Assembly (NCBI GenBank): GCA_964374105.1 | Contig: CAYJXI010000001.1 | Coordinates: forward strand, 199,743 to 263,742 | DNA from: an uncultured Planctomycetales bacterium | GTDB lineage: Bacteria > Omnitrophota > Gorgyraeia > Zapsychrales > JANLHA01 | Direction: 5' to 3' | DNA: 64,000 nucleotides | Shown here: positions 54,891-64,000 of the stretch, piece after piece | How the letters are laid out: each line of letters opens with the position of its first letter | How positions within the stretch are numbered: position 1 is the stretch's first letter | Program-made: the position numbers and the translations under genes | The notes under the pieces: generated by a model | Databases searched by the model: none | Told to the model about the DNA's origin: nothing | The model's input: the letters and a program-made list of their open reading frames with translations, nothing else

Positions 54891-57467
54891 TTATCTGCGA
54901 TCATCTTTAGAATCTATCGTTTCCTTCAGTTCCTGCAATTTATTCAAAGCCTCCAAGGGCGTTAAATGATTAACATCTGTGGCTTTGATCAATTCTTTTA
55001 TTTTTTCAACAGAAGGATCAGGGGCTTGAGAAAAAAAACTTAACTGTTGATTCTCTTTTTGATTCAAAGTCTGTGGTGTTAACTTTTCCTTGAGGTGAGT
55101 CTTTAATTCAAGTTGGGTTAGAATTTGTCGTGAGCGCTGAATGATCTCTTGGGGAATCCCCGCGAGTTTGGCGACATAGATCCCATAACTGTCATCGGTA
55201 CTGCCCGGTAAAATTTTATGTAAAAAAATGATTTCATCTTCCCATTCCTTGACGGCCACATTGTAGTTTTTGACTCCTTTGAAATAATCCGCAAGACCGG
55301 TGATTTCGTGGAAATGGGTGGCAAAAAGGGTTCGGGCCCTTGTTTTCTGTAAATGTTCCGCCAAGGCCCAGGCTAAACTCAAACCATCATAAGTACTCGT
55401 GCCGCGGCCGATTTCATCTAAAATGATCAGGCTTTTTTGGGTCAGGTTGTTTAAGATGTCCGCGGTTTCATTCATTTCCACCATAAAGGTGCTTTGCCCC
55501 CTGGTGATATCATCATGCGCTCCGATTCTGGTAAAGATTTTATCAACAACCCCAATGTGGGCAGAAGCGGCGGGAATGTAACTTCCCATCTGTCCTAGAA
55601 TAACCAGCAGGGCAGTTTGGCGGATATAAGTGGATTTGCCGGCCATGTTGGGGCCGGTTAAGATGATCAAATGGTTCTCTTCGCAGTCAAGATAGATATC
55701 ATTGGGTACAAAGATATCGGTTATTGTTTTTTCAACAACCGGATGACGACCTTCTGTGATATCAATAACGGTATCATCGGCAAGGGAAGGGGCCACGTAT
55801 TGCACAGATTGGGCGAGTAAACATAAGGAGTCAATCACATCAACGGTGGCGATGGCCTGACTAAAATTGTGAAGGTTCAGGGAATGATCAAGGATTATCT
55901 TTTGTAAATTTTCTAGAATTTCATTTTCAATTTTTAGGATTTTCTCTTGTGCGGTGAGGATTTTTTCTTCGTATTCTTTCAGTTCGGGGGTGATATAACG
56001 TTCTGCGTTCACCAAGGTTTGTTTGCGGATATAATCCTGAGGAACAAGATTGAGATTGGGATTCGAAATTTCAATATAATAACCAAAGACCCTATTGAAT
56101 CCTACTCTCAGGGAATGGATATGAGTACGTTTGATTTCTCGTTCTTGAAAATTTTTAAGCCAAAGGTTGCCGTTTTCCTGGATATCTTTTAGGGTATCCA
56201 ATTCCTGATGAAAGCCTTTTTTGATGACTTTGCCATCGGGATTGGATAAGGGTATATCCGGATTAATAGCCTTTTCTAAGAGAAGACGCAAAGAAGGGAT
56301 ATCCTCTAAAAAGAAAAGGCGGTTTTTCTCCATCAGCGGTTTTAGGGTTAAGATGATTTCTGGTAAAAGGCACAGGCAATTGCGGATCGCCAAAATGTCC
56401 TTAGCCTGACAGTACCCACAGCTGAGTTTGGAGATGGCTTTCTCAACATCTGGCAGACGGCTTAACAATTCTTTTAATTTCTTCTGGATTAAGAGTTCCT
56501 CTTTTAAGAGGGTCACGGCCGCTTGCCTCTGCAGGATCGGGGCGGGTTGTTTTAAAGGATGATAGAGCCAGAAACGCAATTTTCTTTTTCCCATGGCCGT
56601 TAGGGTGTGATTGATGGTTTTAAACAAGGTTTCCAGCTCCAGACCATAAGTGGCGGCCGGGGAGATATAAACATATTTATGATCCGCATAGAGCGATATT
56701 TTATCGATGTGACGAAGGGGTTGTTTGTTCATCTGCTTTAAGTATTCCAGAAGCGCTCCGCTGCTGGTGATCGAGAGAGGCCGTTCTTCAATCCCAAAAC
56801 CCTTCAAATTGAGGATATGGAAATGTTCCAAGAGAGTTTTCTTGGCGATATCGAGGTTAAAGCTCCAGTCTTCAAAAGGTGTTAAGGTGATCTCTTTGAT
56901 TTTTAGGAGAGGTGTTTTAAGGATTTCTTTGGATTTTTCTTCTTTGCCTTGCGGATAGATACATTCATAGAAGGGAAGTTTCAAAAGCAATTCAATCACC
57001 CTGTCCCGTTGATCATATTGATTGGTTTGGATTGTTCCTGAGGAGGGGTCCATAAAGGCTATGCCAATAGCATCTTCGTCAAAATTGATCGCTAAGACAT
57101 AACGGGAATCAGTTGAATTTTCATCAAGATAGGTCCCGGAGGTAATGACGCGGATCACATCCCTGCGAACTATTCCCTTGGCCAGGGCCGGGTCTTCCGT
57201 CTGTTCACAGATGGCTACTTTTTTGCCGGCCTTGATGAGCTTGGCAATGTAATTTTCCGCGGCATGATAGGGAAGTCCGCACATGGGAGTCTCATAGCTG
57301 GTGCCCTTTCCCCGGGAGGTCAAAACAAGATCCAAGATTTTTGAGGCGACTTTCGCATCCTCATAAAACATTTCATAGAAATCCCCTAAGCGGAAGAAGA
57401 GGATGCAATCCCGGTGTTGGGCCTTGATCCGCTGATACTGATGCAGCATGGGGCTAACCGATTCCAT
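54891..57467 (-). CDS. mutS: DNA mismatch repair protein MutS (MutS1 type)
   Basis: 858 aa. N-terminal mismatch-binding domain (TPMxxQY-like SPMLHQYQRIK...FFRLGDFYEMFYEDA). Walker A GPNMAGKSTYIRQ. 22-nt spacing to mutL, same strand. Stop TAA. Confidence 0.9.
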   Translation of the reverse strand: MESVSPMLHQYQRIKAQHRDCILFFRLGDFYEMFYEDAKVASKILDLVLTSRGKGTSYETPMCGLPYHAAENYIAKLIKAGKKVAICEQTEDPALAKGIVRRDVIRVITSGTYLDENSTDSRYVLAINFDEDAIGIAFMDPSSGTIQTNQYDQRDRVIELLLKLPFYECIYPQGKEEKSKEILKTPLLKIKEITLTPFEDWSFNLDIAKKTLLEHFHILNLKGFGIEERPLSITSSGALLEYLKQMNKQPLRHIDKISLYADHKYVYISPAATYGLELETLFKTINHTLTAMGKRKLRFWLYHPLKQPAPILQRQAAVTLLKEELLIQKKLKELLSRLPDVEKAISKLSCGYCQAKDILAIRNCLCLLPEIILTLKPLMEKNRLFFLEDIPSLRLLLEKAINPDIPLSNPDGKVIKKGFHQELDTLKDIQENGNLWLKNFQEREIKRTHIHSLRVGFNRVFGYYIEISNPNLNLVPQDYIRKQTLVNAERYITPELKEYEEKILTAQEKILKIENEILENLQKIILDHSLNLHNFSQAIATVDVIDSLCLLAQSVQYVAPSLADDTVIDITEGRHPVVEKTITDIFVPNDIYLDCEENHLIILTGPNMAGKSTYIRQTALLVILGQMGSYIPAASAHIGVVDKIFTRIGAHDDITRGQSTFMVEMNETADILNNLTQKSLIILDEIGRGTSTYDGLSLAWALAEHLQKTRARTLFATHFHEITGLADYFKGVKNYNVAVKEWEDEIIFLHKILPGSTDDSYGIYVAKLAGIPQEIIQRSRQILTQLELKTHLKEKLTPQTLNQKENQQLSFFSQAPDPSVEKIKELIKATDVNHLTPLEALNKLQELKETIDSKDDRR

Positions 57468-57676
57468 AGGGGAATAGGGGATAAAGAAGTATCTTTTTAT
57501 ATTTTAAAATTCTTTAGATACTATTTATAGCACAAATTTTATCACGGAGGAATAAAAGAATCGAGTCATTTGTAAGACGCAAGCAGAAAATAAAAATAGT
57601 ACTCTTTGCTTGGGAAAGGAAAATGTCCAAAGCACAGTGAATTAAAGACAATCATCTAAAATATATTGATCCTTCG

Positions 57677-57706
57677 TTGACTTCAATATTTTATGGATGA
57701 TATAAT
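57677..57706 (+). promoter_or_regulatory. Sigma70-like promoter (TTGACT 57677-57682, 18-nt spacer, TATAAT 57701-57706) in the divergent mutS/coiled-coil intergenic region, oriented toward the 57778 ORF
   Basis: Hexamers read directly. AT-rich 310-bp intergenic region. Confidence 0.45.
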
Positions 57707-57777
57707 TAACTTGTTATTTTTGTGAAAAGTTTTTACAGAAAAAGAAAGTATTTTTTAATTTCTGCGTTTACTGCACG

Positions 57778-59124
57778 ATGCTAAACAAGATCATCAAAAT
57801 TTTTTCTATTGTTTTTCTTTTAGGATCCTTCCTGGTGATTCCTGGGTCGGCAGGGCTTATTTCTCACGATCTTATCAATCGCGGTAAAAAATATTTAGAT
57901 GAAGGGAACTTAACCATGGCTATTCATGAATTTAGCAAGGCGATTCTGGCGGATCCTCAAGACCAAGAGGCAAGACATTACTTAAGGAAGCTTGGCTTAA
58001 AAGAAGGATTGTATAGTTGGGAAGAAACACCTCTGTCGTCCATGGGGCAGTTAACCGAAAAAGTTTATCGTTATAAACAGAAAATGAGCCAATTGAAAAA
58101 GGCCAATCAAGCCAAGGATGAATTAAATCAGTCCTTAAAGGAGAATCAAGAAAATTTAAAGAAGACCCTGCAATCCAAGGATGTCGAAAATCAGCAATTA
58201 CGTGGGAAAGTTAACGATAGGGAAAAAGAAGTGAGTAGCCTCACACAAAAAAATCAGGCTAGCATAAAAGATAAAGAGAAAATTCAGAGAAAGGCCAGGG
58301 ATGAGGTTGTCCGTTTGAATACGGATTTGTTCAAATTGAAAGATGAATTGGTGAAACAAAGAAAACTCAACGATGAAAAGGAATATCAAGCCAAAGAGGT
58401 TAAAAAGAGTTTGAAGGAAGCTGGAAAGAATTGGCAAAATCAAAGGCTTAATTACGAAGAGCAAATCCAAACAACGGATGAAGAATTTGATCAATTCCGG
58501 CACCGGTCTTTCAAGTTGGATAATGAAAAGAAGCAGTACATCAAAAGTTTAGAAGATGATTTAAGAAAAAATAAAGTGGAATTAGCTTACACAAACGATC
58601 GATTTCTGTTAGCAAATTTTAAACTTACGGATAGGGAAACGGAACTCTTTCAAAAGGATCAACAAGTCAACGAACTTAAAAGTCATCTGGATAATTTGGA
58701 AAGAGACCTCCAATATTATCAAACTAAAATTCAGGGAAGTCAGGCTAGGCCTAAGGAATTTGTTGAACGAGAAGATAGCGAAAAAATCGTCTTGATTAAA
58801 CAACAGGATAGGGTTATCGCAGAATTGAAAGAACAACTGGTCAAAGCCCGCCAAGGAGAAGAAGGTCCCTTATCGCAAAGGAAAGAAGATCGAAATAGAG
58901 TTGAGGTTTTAAAGAAACAATTGGAAGAAATGAGATTGCAACTCAAAGAGAGAGAAGACTCTTTTGAGAAGAAAGATGCAGAATACGAGACGTTAGCAGA
59001 ACAACTGAAAGATGCTAAGGAACGGTTAGATCTGGTAGAAAAGATTATTCAAGAGAAGGATGAGCAAATCAAAGAGCTGGAGAATCAATTATCGGAGTAT
59101 CCATTAGAAGAAAATTCTTTTTAG
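57778..59124 (+). CDS. Secreted coiled-coil protein (signal peptide, short TPR-like helix pair, then ~350 aa of Lys/Glu/Gln-rich coiled coil)
   Basis: MLNKIIKIFSIVFLLGSFLVIPGSAG signal-like N-terminus. A heptad-like charged repeat region. Stop TAG. Confidence 0.6.
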   Translation: MLNKIIKIFSIVFLLGSFLVIPGSAGLISHDLINRGKKYLDEGNLTMAIHEFSKAILADPQDQEARHYLRKLGLKEGLYSWEETPLSSMGQLTEKVYRYKQKMSQLKKANQAKDELNQSLKENQENLKKTLQSKDVENQQLRGKVNDREKEVSSLTQKNQASIKDKEKIQRKARDEVVRLNTDLFKLKDELVKQRKLNDEKEYQAKEVKKSLKEAGKNWQNQRLNYEEQIQTTDEEFDQFRHRSFKLDNEKKQYIKSLEDDLRKNKVELAYTNDRFLLANFKLTDRETELFQKDQQVNELKSHLDNLERDLQYYQTKIQGSQARPKEFVEREDSEKIVLIKQQDRVIAELKEQLVKARQGEEGPLSQRKEDRNRVEVLKKQLEEMRLQLKEREDSFEKKDAEYETLAEQLKDAKERLDLVEKIIQEKDEQIKELENQLSEYPLEENSF

Positions 59125-59390
59125 AAAAATTTTCTATTGACGAGGATCTTAGAATAAAGGCAATTCCAAACTTTTGAGGGATTGTCTTTTTTTATTGATC
59201 ATTGCTTAAGAAGGTTATCTTTTTAAAAATTTTAAGACCAACACGTTGCAAATTAAATTTGAAAATGATAAACTTGGAAAGGAGGAGGATAAAGATAACT
59301 TACGAAATTTCAAATGGTTGTGAAATAGTTTTGAAAGATAAATTTCTGGATCTGAAACCCCACAAGTTTCTTATTAAATGAAATATTTTT

Positions 59391-60131
59391 ATGATAGTCA
59401 ATCGTGAGACCATACTCAGAGAACTGAGCGCTTATCTTAACAATGAATTATCAAAGCAGGAAGTTTATGAGTGGGCGTTATCGGTTGCCGTCACTGATCA
59501 CTTTCAAGAATTAGCTAGAGGCGATGTGCTGATCAGGAGGACAATTCAGGCTATGATCGATATCAATCATGATGATTTAAAATTCATCCCAACCCGCAAG
59601 GCCCTAGAATATTATCGAAGGTGCTTGGTCGGGGAAGAAAAATTTGTTCCTTTGGAGATCAATAAAGATTTAAAAAATCTAAATATTCCGGATGATCCTG
59701 ATATTGTGAATCGGAAGAAGAAGCCCAAATATTTTATTTTTTTTAGAATTTATATCATCATTTTTAGCATTTGCTCTTTGACTATTCACATTGCCTCAAT
59801 GATTGATCCTGCTTTTTTTAATCTTGATCAAACAAGTCCTACTCGATTGGCCGTGATTAAGGAATCCTTTCCTCATGTCTTTTATGCTTTGTTTGTCCTG
59901 ATTCCTGTTCGCTATCTGGTGAGATGGGTACTTTTTTATCCGTCTTTTGTCTTTTTAAGTCTGGGGATGCTTTATTACTGGTATATTTCGTTTCAAATGG
60001 TCTTGAAATTATCTTTGAATATGGTTTTTATTTTTATGATATTGCCTTTGACTGCAATTCCGGCCACCTTGGCGTTATTTCTCTTGATGATGGGACGAGA
60101 AGAATTCAAAGAAAACCGCAAATCTGTCTAG
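59391..60131 (+). CDS. Hypothetical protein with a soluble N-terminal domain and a four-TM-helix C-terminus
   Basis: 246-aa ORF. Hydrophobic helices in the C-terminal 120 aa. Stop TAG. Confidence 0.5.
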   Translation: MIVNRETILRELSAYLNNELSKQEVYEWALSVAVTDHFQELARGDVLIRRTIQAMIDINHDDLKFIPTRKALEYYRRCLVGEEKFVPLEINKDLKNLNIPDDPDIVNRKKKPKYFIFFRIYIIIFSICSLTIHIASMIDPAFFNLDQTSPTRLAVIKESFPHVFYALFVLIPVRYLVRWVLFYPSFVFLSLGMLYYWYISFQMVLKLSLNMVFIFMILPLTAIPATLALFLLMMGREEFKENRKSV

Positions 60132-60166
60132 CTTTATTTTAAAATTATTTTAAACCTTCCATTAAT

Positions 60167-61918
60167 TTGAAAATGTTCAAGCCGACCCTTCAAAGAACTT
60201 CTATTTTTATTGCTACAGGGCTTCTTATGCTCATGTTGGGATTACTGATCTATTCGAATGCCCTGCATGCGAGCTTCCAATTCGATGACTATAAAACGAT
60301 AGTCAATAATCCCTCTGTTAAAAATCTAAGGAATATCCGGATCATGTGGGAAGCTTTTAATACAAGGATCTTGACGGGTTATAGTTTCGCCATCAATTAT
60401 GCCTTGGGTGGACTCAATGTCTTTGGATACCATTTAGTCAACATTTTAATTCACATTTTTAATTCCTATCTGGTTTATCTTCTTCTTAGATTGATTTTTT
60501 CAACTCCTTATTTCCGTAAAGAATTCCTGAGAAATAATATTCATCTTTTAGCTTTTTTTGCCGCGCTTGTATTTCTGGCCCATCCCATCCAAACCCAAGC
60601 CGTCACATACATCACCCAGCGGGCAAGTTGTTTGGGGGCATTTTTTTATCTTTTAGCTTTAATTTTTTATATAAAATTCCGATTAATCTCTAGAGGGTTT
60701 TACCTAGGGCTGGCAATGGCCATGACTATATTGGCGATGTTGACTAAAGAGATGACGGTAACAATCCCTTTTAGTATTGCGGTGTTAGAAATTTTCTTTT
60801 TAAAAGAACAAAGGGATCAAATCAAGACCATCTTTAAACGAATATCTCCTTTTCTATTATTAATTTTTCTCATCCCGATCCTTTTGTCATTTGATAAAGA
60901 TTATTCTATTCTTGGACTTAAAGAACAATTTTCATCCTCCCATTTGAGAATACTGAATCTATTAACAGAAATCAATGTTTTACGAACTTACTTGCGGCTG
61001 GTGTTTATCCCTATTCACCAAAATGTGGATTACGACTATCCGATGGTTAAACATATTTTGGATGCAAACACGATTTTTTCCGTGTGCCTATTCCTTGTTT
61101 TAATAGGAATCGCCATTTGGCAATTTAACCGAAAGAGAATGATCAGCTTTTGTATCATCTGGTTTTTTTTGAGTATGTCGGTAGAATTTATCGTTTGTTC
61201 CTTGGTAGCGGTCGATATGATCTTTGAACATTATCTCTATTTACCGATGGTCGGGTTTTCCATTTTCCTGTCATGTTTGCTGGCAGAGATTTTTAAAAAG
61301 GACCACGCATTTTCTGTTTCCATGGCCAGCATCATTGTTGTTTTGAGTATTTTGACTTTTAACCGAAATGATGTTTGGCGGAGTCCCTTGAATCTGTGGA
61401 CGGATGCAAAAACGAAATCTCCTAACAAGGCCCGTCCTTATATCAATGCCGGGGTAGCTTATCGCAAGATGGGACTCTATGAGAAGGCCATTGATCATTA
61501 CCATCATGCCCTTTCTTTAGGGTCCCTGGAGGATACAACCCGGGCCCAGATCCTGATCAATTTAGGAGCGGTTTATGGGTATTTGGGAAACTATAATAAA
61601 GAAATCGAGTATTGTCTTCAGGCGATCCAAGCCGATCATAAAAACCCTCAGGCTTATAGTAATTTGGGTTATGCTTATATGCTGATCAATGATTTTGAGA
61701 AGGCCCTTCAATACGGACATATGTCCTTAAAGATTAATCCTAATTTTGTGGAAGGAGCGGTCAATTTAGGAGTCATTTATGGGAGGTTGGGAAAATATGA
61801 AGGAGCAAGGAAATTATTCGAGAGGGCCCTTTTGCTTGATCCGGATAACGAACAGGCTAAAAGAAATTATAAAATTGCCAATGAATTGCGCAAAAAGGAT
61901 CTTGATGACGTTTTATAA
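60167..61918 (+). CDS. Polytopic membrane protein with C-terminal TPR repeats (PMT/GT39-like glycosyltransferase-family architecture)
   Basis: About 11 predicted TM helices in the first ~400 aa. C-terminal TPR-like repeats (AGVAYRKMGLYEKAIDHY; LGAVYGYLGNYNKEIEYCLQAIQ; LGYAYMLINDFEKALQY; LGVIYGRLGKYEGARKLFERALLLDPDN). Confidence 0.5.
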   Translation: MKMFKPTLQRTSIFIATGLLMLMLGLLIYSNALHASFQFDDYKTIVNNPSVKNLRNIRIMWEAFNTRILTGYSFAINYALGGLNVFGYHLVNILIHIFNSYLVYLLLRLIFSTPYFRKEFLRNNIHLLAFFAALVFLAHPIQTQAVTYITQRASCLGAFFYLLALIFYIKFRLISRGFYLGLAMAMTILAMLTKEMTVTIPFSIAVLEIFFLKEQRDQIKTIFKRISPFLLLIFLIPILLSFDKDYSILGLKEQFSSSHLRILNLLTEINVLRTYLRLVFIPIHQNVDYDYPMVKHILDANTIFSVCLFLVLIGIAIWQFNRKRMISFCIIWFFLSMSVEFIVCSLVAVDMIFEHYLYLPMVGFSIFLSCLLAEIFKKDHAFSVSMASIIVVLSILTFNRNDVWRSPLNLWTDAKTKSPNKARPYINAGVAYRKMGLYEKAIDHYHHALSLGSLEDTTRAQILINLGAVYGYLGNYNKEIEYCLQAIQADHKNPQAYSNLGYAYMLINDFEKALQYGHMSLKINPNFVEGAVNLGVIYGRLGKYEGARKLFERALLLDPDNEQAKRNYKIANELRKKDLDDVL

Positions 61919-62017
61919 ATTTAATAACCGTGAGTGCTCACTTAATTTGTCAACCTTGGAAGTTAGGAAATCTCTCGTTTTTATTTTATACTTAAATAAA
62001 GAAGGTCAGACAGGTCT

Positions 62018-63529
62018 ATGAAGATTTTCAATAAATGCATTTGTATTGGATTTATATTTTTAATTACTTTTCCCATTTTCCCGCAACAGTCGCAGGCACA
62101 GGTTCCCCCTGAACCTAGTCTTTCCCGCGTTGTGGGACATCAATTGATGGTGCGAAAACGTTTGCCCAACGGCGAACTTGACTTTGAATATCCTTATGTG
62201 ATGAAAGGGGTTACCTGGCAGCCGGCCACCCGGGCGACAAGCTTTTTTTTCGGGGATCCAACCGGCTTTGTCAATTGGTTAAGAAGCCAGCCCTTTATTC
62301 ATTACACCCTAGACGTCCCTCTCTTGAGAGATATGAATGTGAATACAGTGCGGGTTTACAATGATTTCGGGGATAACCAAGTTGCGTTTCGGCAGATCTT
62401 GGATGAATTTTATCGTAATGATATCATGGTTGTCATGACCATTGTGAATTCAAAGGCAGAAATTGATGTGAATAAACATTTAACTATCGTGAATGCCTTT
62501 AAGGATCATCCGGCCATCTTGATGTGGGCTATTGGCAATGAGTGGAACTTTGATTTTCATTTATTTTTTGACCGAACGACTATCCGTAATGTCCAAGAGG
62601 CAACCGCCTTGGTCAATCGCGTGGCGCAAGAGATTAAAGGTGCTGATCCCCAACATGCGGTGACCTCTGCCTTGGGTGATCGGTTTTCTGAAGGAACAAC
62701 GATGAGGGACATTGTCCTTAATGCCTTGAATATCGATATCTGGGGCCTTAATATTTATCGAGGCAGTAGTTTTAATAGTCCACAAGGAAATGTGTTTACC
62801 CAGTGGCAATCTCTATGGAACCAAGCTCCTGATGGAACGCCGTCAAAACCATTTTATTTCAGTGAGTTTGGGACAGATTCCTTTCAGACCACTGCCCGAC
62901 GGGTGGTCGATGGCAATAAGGCCGATGATGTTCAGGGAAGCGAGGATCCGGCTCTACAGGCAACTACCGACATTAATCTTTGGCTTCAAATTCAATCGCA
63001 TCTGGCGATCCCCGGGAATAATGAGCGATGTACCGGTGGTTTTGTTCACGAATTTAATGATGAATTATGGAAAGTCGGTAATCCGCATGTGGGGTTAGTA
63101 GGTCTCAATGACTTTGCCGATAGTTACCGCAGACAAGATAGAGAAGGATTTATTGCCGGTCATCCCGATGGAGTTGCCAATGAAGAATTTTTTGGTGTTG
63201 TGAACGCCGATCGGCAGCCCAAAGAGGCCTTTAACCAACTCACAGAGGTTTTTCATGAAAACACTTTCATTAGGGGCGACTCCAATTGTGATGGAGGCGT
63301 GGATCTCTCTGATCCCATCCATGCGTTGACTTATTTGTTTAAAGATGGGGCAACACCCTTGTGTTTGGATGCTGCCGATTCCAATGATGATGGAGGGGTT
63401 GATATCAGTGATGCTGTGAAAAGTCTGTTGGTCCTCTTTGTGGGGGCGCAGATGCCGTCTCCTTATCCTACTTTTGGGCGTGATCCTTCCTTGGATACCC
63501 TATCCTGTGAGGTGAGTTGTCCTCCTTAA
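62018..63529 (+). CDS. Secreted glycoside-hydrolase-like protein (clan GH-A TIM-barrel-like) with two C-terminal type-I dockerin repeats
   Basis: N-terminal signal-like hydrophobic segment. MWAIGNEWNFD (NE acid/base-like) and FYFSEFGTDSF (nucleophile-like). Dockerin repeats DSNCDGGVDLSDPIHALTYLF and DSNDDGGVDISDAVKSLLVLF. Confidence 0.55.
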   Translation: MKIFNKCICIGFIFLITFPIFPQQSQAQVPPEPSLSRVVGHQLMVRKRLPNGELDFEYPYVMKGVTWQPATRATSFFFGDPTGFVNWLRSQPFIHYTLDVPLLRDMNVNTVRVYNDFGDNQVAFRQILDEFYRNDIMVVMTIVNSKAEIDVNKHLTIVNAFKDHPAILMWAIGNEWNFDFHLFFDRTTIRNVQEATALVNRVAQEIKGADPQHAVTSALGDRFSEGTTMRDIVLNALNIDIWGLNIYRGSSFNSPQGNVFTQWQSLWNQAPDGTPSKPFYFSEFGTDSFQTTARRVVDGNKADDVQGSEDPALQATTDINLWLQIQSHLAIPGNNERCTGGFVHEFNDELWKVGNPHVGLVGLNDFADSYRRQDREGFIAGHPDGVANEEFFGVVNADRQPKEAFNQLTEVFHENTFIRGDSNCDGGVDLSDPIHALTYLFKDGATPLCLDAADSNDDGGVDISDAVKSLLVLFVGAQMPSPYPTFGRDPSLDTLSCEVSCPP

Positions 63530-63768
63530 CTCGTTAGTTTACAAAAAGTTATAGTCGGATAATTTCGAAGAAAACAGAGGGTGTTCGCTTATTTCAATCC
63601 TTCCTCTAGGGGTGATCTTAAGCTGAATTGTTATTTAACCCCTGCGTATGGCATACTTGAATTAGAGATGCCACCTTAGACTAGCCTACAAATTTTCGAT
63701 GGATTATTGAAAACGGGCATTAAAGATTTTATTCAGGATGGGAAGTCGTACAAAAGGAGGTGGTAAAA

Positions 63769-64000
63769 ATGAAAAGGGCCATTGCTTTTGCTCTTGCCTT
63801 TGCTATCATCGCCTTCACGACACCTTCGTTGGCTATGTCTGAGCCTGTCACCAAAATCAAAGATGGGGCAATCAGTATTATCTCCTCACCGTTAGAGATT
63901 GTTAATCATACGAAAGATGAACTGAACGCCTCGACTTTCAAACCGTTTGGGTTGATGGGAGGACTGCTCAAGGGCACGGTTTATTCAATTAAGAAATTAA
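63769..64000 (+). CDS. Small secreted protein, 3' partial at the window edge
   Basis: Strong SD AAAGGAGGTGG 6-8 nt upstream of the ATG. MKRAIAFALAFAIIAFTTPSLA signal peptide. Confidence 0.45.
   Translation, partial: MKRAIAFALAFAIIAFTTPSLAMSEPVTKIKDGAISIISSPLEIVNHTKDELNASTFKPFGLMGGLLKGTVYSIKKL

Noticed and set aside
61919-62017. Terminator after the TPR membrane protein gene (gtgagtgctcac hairpin)
   Set aside because: The stem is only 5 bp with a 2-nt loop and a weak T-tract. Insufficient.

Overview
This window is dominated by one uninterrupted + strand reading frame (2..45727, 15,241 codons) that is already in progress at the window edge. A second large + strand ORF (45890..52798, 2,302 aa) follows it in the same frame, and a single TAG separates the two. 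Background GC is low, roughly 40%. I read the giant ORF as a mosaic membrane-anchored multi-enzyme protein with these modules:
- Soluble HELGH metalloprotease-like motif (about 4852).
- Several transmembrane blocks.
- Three TM-embedded HExxH...GPxxN modules resembling site-2/M50 proteases (about 11327, 13610-13765, 29540-29700).
- Tandem array of about nine Fis-type HTH-like repeats (11880-13470).
- Tandem pair of sigma-70 region-4/LuxR-like HTH units (15890-16420).
- Class I SAM-methyltransferase-like domain (about 20560-21130).
- GT2-like domain (about 21470-22270).
- Trypsin-like Ser protease domain (about 23200-23800).
- HEAT-like helical repeats (about 25500-26700).
- GT9 (heptosyltransferase-like) domain (about 41010-42030).
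- About 130-aa module (DPHRAKAG...IRAGP...LIHEAGVLLG) recurring every ~2 kb at the 3' end and continuing into ORF2.
- CPBP/CAAX-type intramembrane protease motif set in ORF2.

Nested antisense inside the giant ORF is a complete vapB(DUF104-like)/vapC(PIN) toxin-antitoxin operon (18419..19108, - strand). It has its own near-consensus sigma70 promoter, a palindromic operator and an SD, and the + strand giant frame stays open straight through it. The coding sequence is also peppered with GC-rich inverted-repeat mini-elements that are translated in frame (for example ggtgatcccgccaaggcgggatcacc, ggggacagtcccc). A ~650-bp hairpin-dense GC-rich segment (29873-30520) includes a 170-bp unit bounded by 12-bp terminal inverted repeats. 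Downstream are convergent mutL and mutS (- strand), a secreted coiled-coil protein, a small membrane protein, a multi-TM protein with C-terminal TPR repeats, a secreted glycoside-hydrolase-like protein with tandem dockerin repeats, and the start of a small secreted protein. Giant genes of this scale have been reported in some uncultivated lineages such as Omnitrophota, but lineage assignment cannot be made from sequence reading alone.
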